DNA from: Candidatus Fermentithermobacillaceae bacterium
GTDB lineage: Bacteria; Bacillota; Sulfobacillia; Fermentithermobacillales; Fermentithermobacillaceae
Assembly: GCA_012512325.1 (NCBI GenBank)
Contig: JAAZEL010000038.1
Span: 10,518-74,517, forward strand
Reading direction: 5' to 3'
Length of the DNA stretch: 64,000 nucleotides
The notes beneath the pieces were generated by a model that saw only the letters and a program-made list of their open reading frames with translations, was not told the origin of the DNA and searched no databases. The first letter of the stretch is position 1. Every line of letters begins with the position of its first letter. This document shows positions 40,044 to 48,602 of the stretch, in pieces. A program made the translations under genes and the position numbers.

Positions 40044-41309
40044 TCACTTCCTCAACAGCTCATGGTCGATGATCTTGACCATGGCTTCCACCACTTTGGG
40101 ATCGAACTGGGTCTCTGAGCATATCAGGAGTTCTTGTCTTGCTTCTTCATATGACATTTTATCTTTGTACGGCCTGTCGGTAGTCATGGCGTCAAACGCG
40201 TCGGCACACGCAATAATCCGGGCGCCCAAGGGAAACTCATCGCCCGCCAGCCCGTCAGGAAAGCCTGTCCCATCCCATCTCTCGTGATGGTGCCTTACCC
40301 ATTGCTCCCTTTTGCCGAGGAACTTCATGACCTTGATTATGTCGGCCCCAACCTCGCTGTGCTTCTTCATCGCCTCATACTCGTGGTAGGTATAAGGGCC
40401 TTCTTTTTTCAGCAGGCTGTCAGGCATACCCACCTTGCCCACATCGTGGAGCAGGCCCACGTATCTTATTAGTTCAACTTCTTCATCGCTGAGTCCCAGG
40501 TACTTGGCGAGCTTGGCGGAATACTCAGAAACCCTGACTGAGTGGCCGTGGGTGTAGGAATCCCGGGCATCCAGGGCGATACTCAAGGCAGCTGCCATTT
40601 CGTTGTAGGTTTCCCAAAGGTCAATGTATTTTTGGAGGGAAACCTTGGTAACTATGAGGGGCAGGTAAAAAAACACGAGCACCGGAGGGCTTGTCTGCTG
40701 GACTACCAGCACCATGAGCGCACCCACAGGGAACAAAGCAAACATGTTTGGAAGCATCCACACGATGTTACGGCGCCATATTGATGAAAACGACACTCTC
40801 ATGTCGAGGGCAATTCCTCCACCGATCAAGCAGGCATTAAGGAGGGTAAAAGCTGAAGCGGCCAGTATGAAAGCAACTAAACCTTTCGGGAATTCAATGT
40901 TTCCAAATCCGCCATAAACCATGAAGTATATTTGGGAGAATACATAAGCGCATATGGTTAAGACGCCCCTGTTAAACATTACCACGGTTGTCGGCACTTC
41001 AAGGGACAAATCTCTCTTACGCAAAGTAGCCACGGCAGCCACCCACATCCCCACTGCCGGCCCATATAGCACAATCACTGTGAGTATCAAGGGGGTAGCC
41101 ATAGAGGCAGTGCCTTTTCCTCTGGGGAACGGTACTGCTGCGGCTTCGCCGCACGCAACCAAAACGGCGAGGAAAAGCACTTCAGCTAAGTGACCGCCAT
41201 CCTCAAATCTGGGGATATTGGTTGCGAGAAGGAAAATGCCCAGGCCTGCAATGCCCCAAGCGTATGCGTTAAAGAGTCTGAATCCTTTTTTCAATCCCGG
41301 ACACCTCAT
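40044..41309 (-). CDS. 7TM-receptor-linked HD-GYP domain phosphodiesterase (putative c-di-GMP phosphodiesterase)
   Basis: 421 aa. N-terminal multi-TM region, then an HD domain (LLHDVGKVGMPD, HHERWDGTGFPDGL; GFP in place of GYP). Confidence 0.8.
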   Translation of the reverse strand: MRCPGLKKGFRLFNAYAWGIAGLGIFLLATNIPRFEDGGHLAEVLFLAVLVACGEAAAVPFPRGKGTASMATPLILTVIVLYGPAVGMWVAAVATLRKRDLSLEVPTTVVMFNRGVLTICAYVFSQIYFMVYGGFGNIEFPKGLVAFILAASAFTLLNACLIGGGIALDMRVSFSSIWRRNIVWMLPNMFALFPVGALMVLVVQQTSPPVLVFFYLPLIVTKVSLQKYIDLWETYNEMAAALSIALDARDSYTHGHSVRVSEYSAKLAKYLGLSDEEVELIRYVGLLHDVGKVGMPDSLLKKEGPYTYHEYEAMKKHSEVGADIIKVMKFLGKREQWVRHHHERWDGTGFPDGLAGDEFPLGARIIACADAFDAMTTDRPYKDKMSYEEARQELLICSETQFDPKVVEAMVKIIDHELLRK

Positions 41310-41566
41310 AGAAGGGCCGACAGCCCCCAGTCATTATCCCATCTGGAAACAAGCAGCTCCAGCCAAAAGAAGCGTAAGAATGGCAAGAATCGCCTTAAGA
41401 ACCTTGTTCACCAGAAACCCCCCGTTACCTGCTTGTATCCGAACCGCTAATTCAGATCCACCTTGGCTCCGCTGGAAAACATTCCGGGCTGTCGGCACTA
41501 TGTATCTGTTCTACATGATAGTCCAGTTTCCTCTTGATAACCAGCCAAAATTGTGACTAAGACAGT

Positions 41567-42217
41567 CTAATTGTCTAACAACATAGGAAACTTGCGGTTA
41601 ATAGCATCTAAGGTAGCTCTCACCACAGCCTCCCTCTCATCGCAATCGATAGGACAGGAACCGCTGAGCATAGCCTCTTTCCCGCCCCCCACAAGGGTTA
41701 CAGTAACCAGTGCTATCTTCGCCGACTTGGATTGAGCTATGGTGGCATCATTGAGCACAAGCTTCACCTTGGGGGACACCAGCTTGGCCAAGGCATCCAG
41801 AGTTGCCTCTGCAGCAAGCCGGAGCCACCGTGTAGGTGTAGGAATCCCTGTTGCATTCCCCGACACCAAGGCATTCCCCAAGCCCAGCTCGACTGTCACT
41901 TCGGCCTCGTCCTTGCCCGATGTGAGGGAGACTCTCGTTAGCACCAGCCTGTCCTTGTCCCTGATATCCCCTTCCTGGCCCAACTGGGCTATTGAAATCT
42001 TCCGCCTGTCTAATGTCTCGCCACAAGCTGCCAGGATCGCCGATTCGATATCCCTTGCTATGTACCTGGGAGAACGCCCTGGACGTGCCAGTACATGGAC
42101 TTCGTCGACTTCGCCATCCTTGCCAAACACTGCCCTGCAAGCTATGACGTCTTTGATCTTCTCAACAGTGCTCTCAATCTTCCTCGCTCTAGCTAACTCA
42201 TCAGGCATTACTGACAC
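41567..42217 (-). CDS. hypothetical protein (216 aa)
   Basis: ORF only. No recognisable family. Lies between the HD-GYP gene and hpf. Confidence 0.45.
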   Translation of the reverse strand: MSVMPDELARARKIESTVEKIKDVIACRAVFGKDGEVDEVHVLARPGRSPRYIARDIESAILAACGETLDRRKISIAQLGQEGDIRDKDRLVLTRVSLTSGKDEAEVTVELGLGNALVSGNATGIPTPTRWLRLAAEATLDALAKLVSPKVKLVLNDATIAQSKSAKIALVTVTLVGGGKEAMLSGSCPIDCDEREAVVRATLDAINRKFPMLLDN

Positions 42218-42276
42218 CCCGTATCCTTAATGGCATGGCCGGACTACCATCCCGGGACAGGGGAGTTACAGCGGCG

Positions 42277-43392
42277 CTACCTATAACCTTCGCTTTCGCT
42301 TACCACCATCTCAGCCAAAATCCACAGCCCTGCGGCAACAAGGCTGTGCCCTCCGAGAATAACCGGTATAGGTGATTCCAAGGCACACCGTGTGAACTCC
42401 CTTACCCACTCGTCGCCAATCAGTTCATATCTGCCCAGATCAGACTGGAACCTATCCCAGTCTGAGACCTGTTTGTTCAGGTGGGCAAAGACTACCCGGC
42501 TGTCAATGAAAGCCAGGTCACATACTCTTGAGACGTATTCGAAAAACTTGCAGGGACCAAGCTCTTCGATCATGTACCCGATAAGGGAAACCACTTCGCC
42601 CCGTTCATCACGGCCAAGGGCCTTCATACCTCTTTCTTCGGAATATACCCGCATTCTGTGAACCATATTTGTGTTGATGTACTGGATCACAGACGGGCCC
42701 ACCCTTCCGAAAACTGCGATTTCGCGGGAATCTTGCCGCAGGATATTCAGGGCTTGCTTTAACTTCTCCGTGGGCCAGTCCAAGGCTTGGATGGCCTTAA
42801 GTGCCCTTGGGCCACATTGAGGGTGCATTCCCAGGATTTGAATGTCCACAGGTGTGTCAAGGTCGAAGTTTATCCGGCCTGAATTGGGAATCAACAGCCG
42901 GCGCATGCCGATGCCACGCAACAGGTTGCCTAGAGCGTTGTCAGACTCGGGAAGGTCAACTTCATCGATGGCCCGGGCGGGCGTAAAGCCAACCAGATCT
43001 GCAGATTGGACATTGTTTACGATCACAACGTTCTTGTTGGTCTTGAGTGAAAGAGCAATTTCGTTGAACTCCGCTGAAGTAATGAGAGGAGCGGCCGCTC
43101 CCCCCATGTAAATCACGTTGTTCAGCTTGTACTTGACGATGAGTTCTCTCAAGCGCATGCCAAAATGAAACTGCCGCTTGTCTGAGTCAAAGTCCACTTC
43201 TGCGAGTTCAGATGCTTCGTCCGCCAGCTCTCGATTATTGGTTACCAAGAACACCCGGTCGATTTCAGGTGCCTGGGCCAACTTGGCCAGGGTGTCCAGC
43301 ACCACTTGAGTACGGACGTGCATTATTATCTTGTCCAGGGATGTCCGAGCTTGTCCTCCTTCGAAAATGACTGCGGTTACCGAACGGTCCAT
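42277..43392 (-). CDS. hypothetical protein; the N-terminus weakly resembles a MobA/CofC-like nucleotidyltransferase (AVIFEGGQARTSL)
   Basis: 371-aa ORF. Weak motif resemblance only. Confidence 0.45.
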   Translation of the reverse strand: MDRSVTAVIFEGGQARTSLDKIIMHVRTQVVLDTLAKLAQAPEIDRVFLVTNNRELADEASELAEVDFDSDKRQFHFGMRLRELIVKYKLNNVIYMGGAAAPLITSAEFNEIALSLKTNKNVVIVNNVQSADLVGFTPARAIDEVDLPESDNALGNLLRGIGMRRLLIPNSGRINFDLDTPVDIQILGMHPQCGPRALKAIQALDWPTEKLKQALNILRQDSREIAVFGRVGPSVIQYINTNMVHRMRVYSEERGMKALGRDERGEVVSLIGYMIEELGPCKFFEYVSRVCDLAFIDSRVVFAHLNKQVSDWDRFQSDLGRYELIGDEWVREFTRCALESPIPVILGGHSLVAAGLWILAEMVVSESEGYR

Positions 43393-43413
43393 TTAGTGCC
43401 TCCGCTCCCGGAG

Positions 43414-43932
43414 CTACATATTCTCAGGCTCAATGAGCCCGAAATTACCGTCTTTGCGCTTGTATATTACATTCACCAGTCCCGTTTCACAGTTAGAAAA
43501 TACGAAGAAGTCGTGACCCAGAAGTTCCATCTGAAGGGCGGCTTCTTCCGGGGTCATAGGTTTCATGGCAAACCGCTTAACCTTCACGATTCTCCCTGTT
43601 TCAGGCGCTTGCTTACCCTGTTCCTGCTTTATCTCAGGCTTGTCGCGCCTGAGCAGCCTGGTCTTGTACTTTTCAAGCTGACGCTCGAGTTTCTCCACTA
43701 CGAGGTCAACTGATGAAAACGCATCCTGAGCCGATTCCTCAGCTCTCATGAGCATGTTGTTGAGAGGAATGGTGACTTCTACTACCCATCTGCCCCGTAC
43801 AGTTGAAAAGGTAACCTGACACACAACAGGATCGTGCCTGATGTATTTTTCCAACTTGCTGAGCCTTTTTTCTGCATACTGCCGGAGTGCAGGCGCTACA
43901 TCCACGTTTTTCCCTCGGATACTGAACTCCAT
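43414..43932 (-). CDS. hpf: ribosome hibernation-promoting factor (long HPF/YvyD)
   Basis: Start at the ATG at 43932 (MEFSIRGKNVDV...) with RBS GGAGGT. N-terminal RaiA-like domain plus a C-terminal dimerisation domain. Confidence 0.85.
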   Translation of the reverse strand: MEFSIRGKNVDVAPALRQYAEKRLSKLEKYIRHDPVVCQVTFSTVRGRWVVEVTIPLNNMLMRAEESAQDAFSSVDLVVEKLERQLEKYKTRLLRRDKPEIKQEQGKQAPETGRIVKVKRFAMKPMTPEEAALQMELLGHDFFVFSNCETGLVNVIYKRKDGNFGLIEPENM

Positions 43933-44267
43933 CCCGCATACCTCCAACAAGAGTATTTGCCTAATAGTTATTCCCTATGAAGGCAACGGACACCTCCAAG
44001 AGCGTTCCACTGGAAATACACCTTACATACTAGTTTTCGACATAATAAAACCCAAGTCAATACGGATAATCGACACATATTGACAATCCACAGGAATATC
44101 CCCAACCGGAAACCCAGATTTAACTGGTTATCAACACAATTGTCCACATTATCCACAGGAAGCAACTCACACTATCCACAGGAGGCAACTCGCTCCGGTG
44201 TGCTGACTCTTAGCCGGTAATCTCCGAAATCTCGACCGATACTGTGTTGGCAACTCTCCCCGGTGTG

Positions 44268-44296
44268 TTGACTCTTAGTCCCGGGAATGCTATAGT
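44268..44296 (+). promoter_or_regulatory. sigma-A-type promoter for the cold-shock gene (TTGACT-17-TATAGT)
   Basis: Near-consensus -35 and -10 boxes with 17-nt spacing, about 75 nt upstream of the csp ATG. The 5' UTR contains the hairpin gacgacgcggcggggacccgtcgtc. A degenerate duplicate of the -35 module lies about 68 nt upstream. Confidence 0.6.
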
Positions 44297-44371
44297 CCGA
44301 ACACGAGCTAAAAGCTCCAAAAGACGACGCGGCGGGGACCCGTCGTCAGGAATTAGGAGGAATGTCCCTAA

Positions 44372-44575
44372 ATGCAAGGCAGAGTAAAATGGTTCAACGC
44401 GCAAAAAGGCTATGGTTTCATTCAACGGGATGGCGGACCGGACGTATTCGTCCACTACTCGGCAATCCTGGAAGAAGGGTTCCGCACCCTTAACGAAGGT
44501 GATCTTGTAGAATTTGACATTATCGAAGGGCCCAAGGGCCTTCAGGCTGCCAATGTAAGCAAGATTCTTGCGTAA
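44372..44575 (+). CDS. csp: cold-shock protein (CspA family, S1-like OB fold)
   Basis: 67 aa [32 protein letters not shown]..., with RNP1 and RNP2 motifs. RBS AGGAGGA. Confidence 0.9.
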   Translation: MQGRVKWFNAQKGYGFIQRDGGPDVFVHYSAILEEGFRTLNEGDLVEFDIIEGPKGLQAANVSKILA

Positions 44576-44590
44576 GCATGGCCAACGTTT

Positions 44591-44628
44591 GCCCCGGCCT
44601 TAGATGCGCCGGGGCTTTCATATTTTGT
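44591..44628 (+). terminator. rho-independent terminator of csp
   Basis: gccccggc / gccggggc stem followed by tttcatatttt. Confidence 0.7.
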
Positions 44629-44650
44629 CGCACTTGCTCATGACTCTGGT

Positions 44651-44735
44651 TTGTTTCGCTCTTGTTTTTTGCTCTTGTCTATAGCTCTTGTCTTTTGCTC
44701 TCTTGCTTATGGCTCTTGCTTATTGTTCTTGTTTG
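44651..44735. repeat. about 13-nt tandem repeat (GCTCTTGTYTWTN), about 6-7 copies, in the convergent csp/fliT intergenic region
   Basis: tcgctcttgtttttt gctcttgtctata gctcttgtctttt gctctcttgcttatg gctcttgcttatt gttcttgtttgg. Confidence 0.6.
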
Positions 44736-44828
44736 GTCCGCCCTTGCCCGGTCACTGCTTTCAACCACATTGTTTCAGTCCCATTGGTTAGGTGGTTCGT
44801 TTACCTTCATTCACATTGCAGCAGGCTC

Positions 44829-45170
44829 CTACAAGGTGTTGTCAAACCGCCTGTTGCCCCGCAAACCCCTGGAATAAGCCATGAGCACCCTGAGTTTGTT
44901 TGCGATTTCAAGCATTTCCCGGTTGCCCCGGTCCATTTCTTCCCTTACGAGTTCAGCTATCTCGGCATCCAGCTCATTGATGCAGAGGGCAACTTCCTTG
45001 GCAAGCACCTTCTGGGTATCGGTAAGTGCAGGCTTGGCCCTGGAGCTGAGCTGCTCAAGCACCGACCCACGTTTTTCTATAAGAACGCTCACGTCCTGGA
45101 AATTGCCTGCCCGGGCCGAGTCTCTGGCCTGGGCGGTAAGTGCCAGAAGATCTTTGAACGCCTCAACCAT
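44829..45170 (-). CDS. fliT: putative flagellar export chaperone FliT-like protein
   Basis: 113 aa from the ATG at 45170, which overlaps the fliS stop (tATGgtTGA). Helical, about FliT size, and directly downstream of fliS as in B. subtilis. Sequence similarity was not verified. Confidence 0.45.
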   Translation of the reverse strand: MVEAFKDLLALTAQARDSARAGNFQDVSVLIEKRGSVLEQLSSRAKPALTDTQKVLAKEVALCINELDAEIAELVREEMDRGNREMLEIANKLRVLMAYSRGLRGNRRFDNTL

Positions 45171-45564
45171 AGTTACGCACCGCTTCCTCCCAAGCATCCC
45201 TGATCTGGGTCATCACATTCACGGCATCATGTACCAAGCCGGCTTCCTTGTGCACATTGGCTTTGAGGAGGCACAGATACACGAAACTGTAAAGGGAGTT
45301 GAGCCTTGCGGCCAGGTCGCCCACGCTTAAGTCGAGAGCAGCCCTTAGCTCGTCGGTGATGTCCTGGGCATGAACCAGCTTTTCGTTGGCCCCTGAGTAG
45401 TCCTTTGCCTCAATGCAATTGATGGCTTCCTTCATGCTTCTGAGGCACACGTTGAACAGCATCAACACAAGTTCTGCAGGGGAGGCGGTCTCCACACTTG
45501 ACTGCTTGTAAGCGTTTACCACCTTCTGCCTGTCGGTAGCTTTAGCAACGTAGAACAAATCCAA
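45163..45564 (-). CDS. fliS: flagellar export chaperone FliS
   Basis: 133 aa. ...ASPAELVLMLFNVCLRSM...LNSLYSFVYLCLLKAN...IRDAWEE matches the FliS family pattern. Confidence 0.85.
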   Translation of the reverse strand: MDLFYVAKATDRQKVVNAYKQSSVETASPAELVLMLFNVCLRSMKEAINCIEAKDYSGANEKLVHAQDITDELRAALDLSVGDLAARLNSLYSFVYLCLLKANVHKEAGLVHDAVNVMTQIRDAWEEAVRNYG

Positions 45565-45650
45565 TCACCCGATCTTTCAACATCTGTCTACAGGGCATTT
45601 GCTAAACCGCGCATCCGTCAAAAGCGACATCCGCTACACAGTGGCTACAC

Positions 45651-47009
45651 CTAGGACATGAACAAGCTCTGTATCTGCTGGGTGATAAACAAGCCCTGGG
45701 TGTTCATCTGGAGCAACAGGGATTCCAAGGCGGTGAACTGCTTCCTCAGGTTCACAAGCCGGATTTGCAGCCGCCTCTCAAGGTTTTCGATCTGACGGGA
45801 TATATCCTTATCCTGGGCTTCCAGCCTGTTCTGTCTCAGAGGCAGCAAGCCGTCATGGCCTATGTACATCTCCAGCGCCTGCTTGAGCTTGGTCAACACC
45901 CCTTGTGAGCCTGCTTCATCCTTCCCGAGAAGGGAGGCAACTCCGTCCCTGTCTGCGGCAAGGGCTTCCCTGAGCTTCGACTCGTCAAGGCTGAGTTTGC
46001 CGTCCCTCGAATACGCACCGATGGCGCCTGTGCTTATCCCTATCTGACCGACAAACCTGAACCCGGGAAGGTTGTCTTCCACTTCCCTGAAGGTGATGTC
46101 CCTGACTTGGCTAAGCAGCCTTTGAAGCAGAGGGTCGCCGAACAGCAAGCCTGCCGTCCTTGTTTCGCTGTCGTACGAGTTGTACTTGGCCGCCAAATCC
46201 AAGAGGCTGTTGTACTCGTTTATCAAGTCGCGCAAGGCTTTTACCAAGGCATCATCGTCGTAGTCTACCGTAACCGAAGTAACCCCGGTCTTGAGCAGGT
46301 TGAGGGTCACTCCGGGGATCGCGTCTGTCACCTCATTAGCATCCCTCTGGAACATGATGCCGTTTATCTTGAACACAGCTTTGGATGGCTCCTGGCCTTC
46401 CACGGTAGCCAATCCCAAGTTCAAGTCTTGCTCCTCAAAGGTGATGGTTTGTCCCGTGTCAGTTCCGGTCAATACAAGGGTGTACTCTGAAGGCACCGTT
46501 TCCAACACTGAAGCCTTGATCCCGAGGCCTTCCGTCCCGTTGATCCGGGCGGCAATAGAATGGAGGCTGTCATTCTCAGCGACCACTATCTCCTCGGTCA
46601 CCCCGCCTATGCTCAACACCAAGGTACCCGTAAAGCCCAGCGCCTCGTCAGGGGATTGGGCGAAACTGCGGGATTGGACGGTGTGAGCCCTCGCCAGGCT
46701 TACTATTTCAACCTCATAGGTCTCCGGCACGGCAGTCCGGGTAGCGGTAGCCGCGACCACAGCCGCATCCCCTGTCTTGGTCGCCTTTGCGGTGTAGACC
46801 TCCTGTTCCAGAAGTGGCCTCATTTTCGCCATGAGCGACTCTATCTTGGACTTGAGTGCATTCCAGGCTGTCTTTTTCTCCGAGATCGCCTTCTGCTTGG
46901 CCTCCAAGGCAACCACCGGCTGCCGCTCAAGTCTCATAAGTTCCTGAATCAGGGTTTCGGTATCAAGTCCCGTTACGTTAAAACTGATTGGGGAACTCAA
47001 ACAGACCAC
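45651..47009 (-). CDS. fliD: flagellar filament capping protein FliD (hook-associated protein 2)
   Basis: 452 aa. N-terminal ISFNVTGLDTETLIQELMRLERQP and the C-terminal FliD helical domain. Confidence 0.85.
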   Translation of the reverse strand: MVCLSSPISFNVTGLDTETLIQELMRLERQPVVALEAKQKAISEKKTAWNALKSKIESLMAKMRPLLEQEVYTAKATKTGDAAVVAATATRTAVPETYEVEIVSLARAHTVQSRSFAQSPDEALGFTGTLVLSIGGVTEEIVVAENDSLHSIAARINGTEGLGIKASVLETVPSEYTLVLTGTDTGQTITFEEQDLNLGLATVEGQEPSKAVFKINGIMFQRDANEVTDAIPGVTLNLLKTGVTSVTVDYDDDALVKALRDLINEYNSLLDLAAKYNSYDSETRTAGLLFGDPLLQRLLSQVRDITFREVEDNLPGFRFVGQIGISTGAIGAYSRDGKLSLDESKLREALAADRDGVASLLGKDEAGSQGVLTKLKQALEMYIGHDGLLPLRQNRLEAQDKDISRQIENLERRLQIRLVNLRKQFTALESLLLQMNTQGLFITQQIQSLFMS

Positions 47010-47024
47010 CTCGCCAAACAGTGT

Positions 47025-47267
47025 TCAGTCTCCGCTGGGCTTACCAACCAAGTCGTCCAGAACATCCAACACAGGGTCCTTGGCCTCCATCATTTCCCTG
47101 GTCACTTCAACCTCAACTTCTTCCCGCAAAACCTTGGTGCCCAGGGGTGCCTCTATGCCCAACCGGACCGAAGCCCGTGTCCCCCGGCCCCTTACCTCGA
47201 TTACACGGACAACAACGTCATCGCCGATTAATATGGCCTCACCTACGCGCCTGGACAAAACAAGCAT
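47025..47267 (-). CDS. csrA: carbon storage regulator CsrA
   Basis: 80 aa MLVLSRRVGEAILIGDDVVVRVIEV... Confidence 0.9.
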   Translation of the reverse strand: MLVLSRRVGEAILIGDDVVVRVIEVRGRGTRASVRLGIEAPLGTKVLREEVEVEVTREMMEAKDPVLDVLDDLVGKPSGD

Positions 47268-47268
47268 G

Positions 47269-47721
47269 TCAGCCCGTCCTTTTCATCAGGTCCTGAAGCG
47301 CCGCAAAAACCTGATGTTTAGTGGTGTATTTGGGATCGCTTACGATCACCTGTCTGCCAAGGCGTTTCTCAGGGTTGATCAGGAGCGGCGCCAACAGGTT
47401 TGCCGTCATCTCCTTTGCATCTCCGGGCACCGTAACCACGGACATCAGCACCAGTTCATCCGGACGGCACGCTCCCAGGCCCTGGAGGTCTCCGGGAGCA
47501 AAAACGGGATCGTAGTCAACGAACGGCACCCGGGGATCTATAATCACAAACCCCAAAGATTCTTCGTCTACGGATTGGAGCCACTTGAGAAACCCGCCCT
47601 TATCCAAGTCCAGCACGATGAATCTCCGGTAATCGGGAAAACCGATGAGCCCTTCGGGGAAATGCAGGATGCGGCTTTCGTCCACTTCCACTATCCCAAA
47701 CCGTTTGGTCGGAACTTCCAC
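47269..47721 (-). CDS. fliW: flagellar assembly factor FliW
   Basis: 150 aa. ...ILHFPEGLIGFPDYRRFIVLD... Confidence 0.9.
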   Translation of the reverse strand: MEVPTKRFGIVEVDESRILHFPEGLIGFPDYRRFIVLDLDKGGFLKWLQSVDEESLGFVIIDPRVPFVDYDPVFAPGDLQGLGACRPDELVLMSVVTVPGDAKEMTANLLAPLLINPEKRLGRQVIVSDPKYTTKHQVFAALQDLMKRTG

Positions 47722-47760
47722 TCATATCCCTCCTGTGCGGCGCTATGCAGGACTCACCCC

Positions 47761-48576
47761 TTACCTGAGATGATCAAGCAGGCTGGGTTGGATAAGCCGA
47801 GCACCTGCCGCCAAGGCAGCCTGGTAAGCTGCTTCCTGAGACTTGAGCTTTACTATGACCTCGACCAGGTCTGCTTCCTCAACGTTTGAAAGCAACCTCT
47901 GGTATTCAATGTCCATGCTGACTGCCTTTTCGCTCAGGATATCAAGCCTCCTGAGCCTTGCCCCGTTCTCCGCCCGCTCAGCTAAGACCCTGTCCAAGCC
48001 GTCATCCAAACGGCCCAAGGCATCCTGTATGACACCTTCATCAGCGGACTCAAGCCCACCTATGAGTTGGTCGAAGACATCCACGACTTCCTGGCGAAAG
48101 TCGGTCAAGTCCTTGACCGTAACGATAACGTCACGGGCCAGCCTCCACTCGGGCATGGTGCCGGTGAGCAGGTTCCTGTCCTCAACCGTGGTGTCCATGA
48201 TGCTCAATGCTTCGTCCTTGAGCTGCCTGACCTCAGCGGCAATAGCGGCTTTGGCATCGGGAGGGGTGGTCCCCGTAGCCCCGTACAGAGCAAGTTCCCT
48301 GGCCCTCTCAAACACCGCGGTCAAGTGGGCAAGGGCCGACTCCGTCTGCTCCATCCAGTTCCTGGCTTTGTCCATATTCCGCCGGTACTGGTTGATCACA
48401 GACCTATCGTGGCGCAAGTATATGGCCCTTCCCGCCCCTATGGGGTTATCCTGGGGCCTGGTAATCGCCTTGCCTGAAGACGCTTGGTCTTGCAGCTTGG
48501 CAAGCCTCTTCTCCAGCTTGAAAATGTTGTATAGGAAGTTCCTCTCGATGGACAGATCCGTAACGCGCACAAGCAT
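47761..48576 (-). CDS. flgL: flagellar hook-associated protein 3 FlgL
   Basis: 271 aa. Flagellin-like N-terminus (RLAKLQDQASSGKAITRPQDNPIGA) and C-terminus. Confidence 0.85.
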   Translation of the reverse strand: MLVRVTDLSIERNFLYNIFKLEKRLAKLQDQASSGKAITRPQDNPIGAGRAIYLRHDRSVINQYRRNMDKARNWMEQTESALAHLTAVFERARELALYGATGTTPPDAKAAIAAEVRQLKDEALSIMDTTVEDRNLLTGTMPEWRLARDVIVTVKDLTDFRQEVVDVFDQLIGGLESADEGVIQDALGRLDDGLDRVLAERAENGARLRRLDILSEKAVSMDIEYQRLLSNVEEADLVEVIVKLKSQEAAYQAALAAGARLIQPSLLDHLR

Positions 48577-48602
48577 CTACCTCCAGTCACCCTGCGCCTT
48601 CA

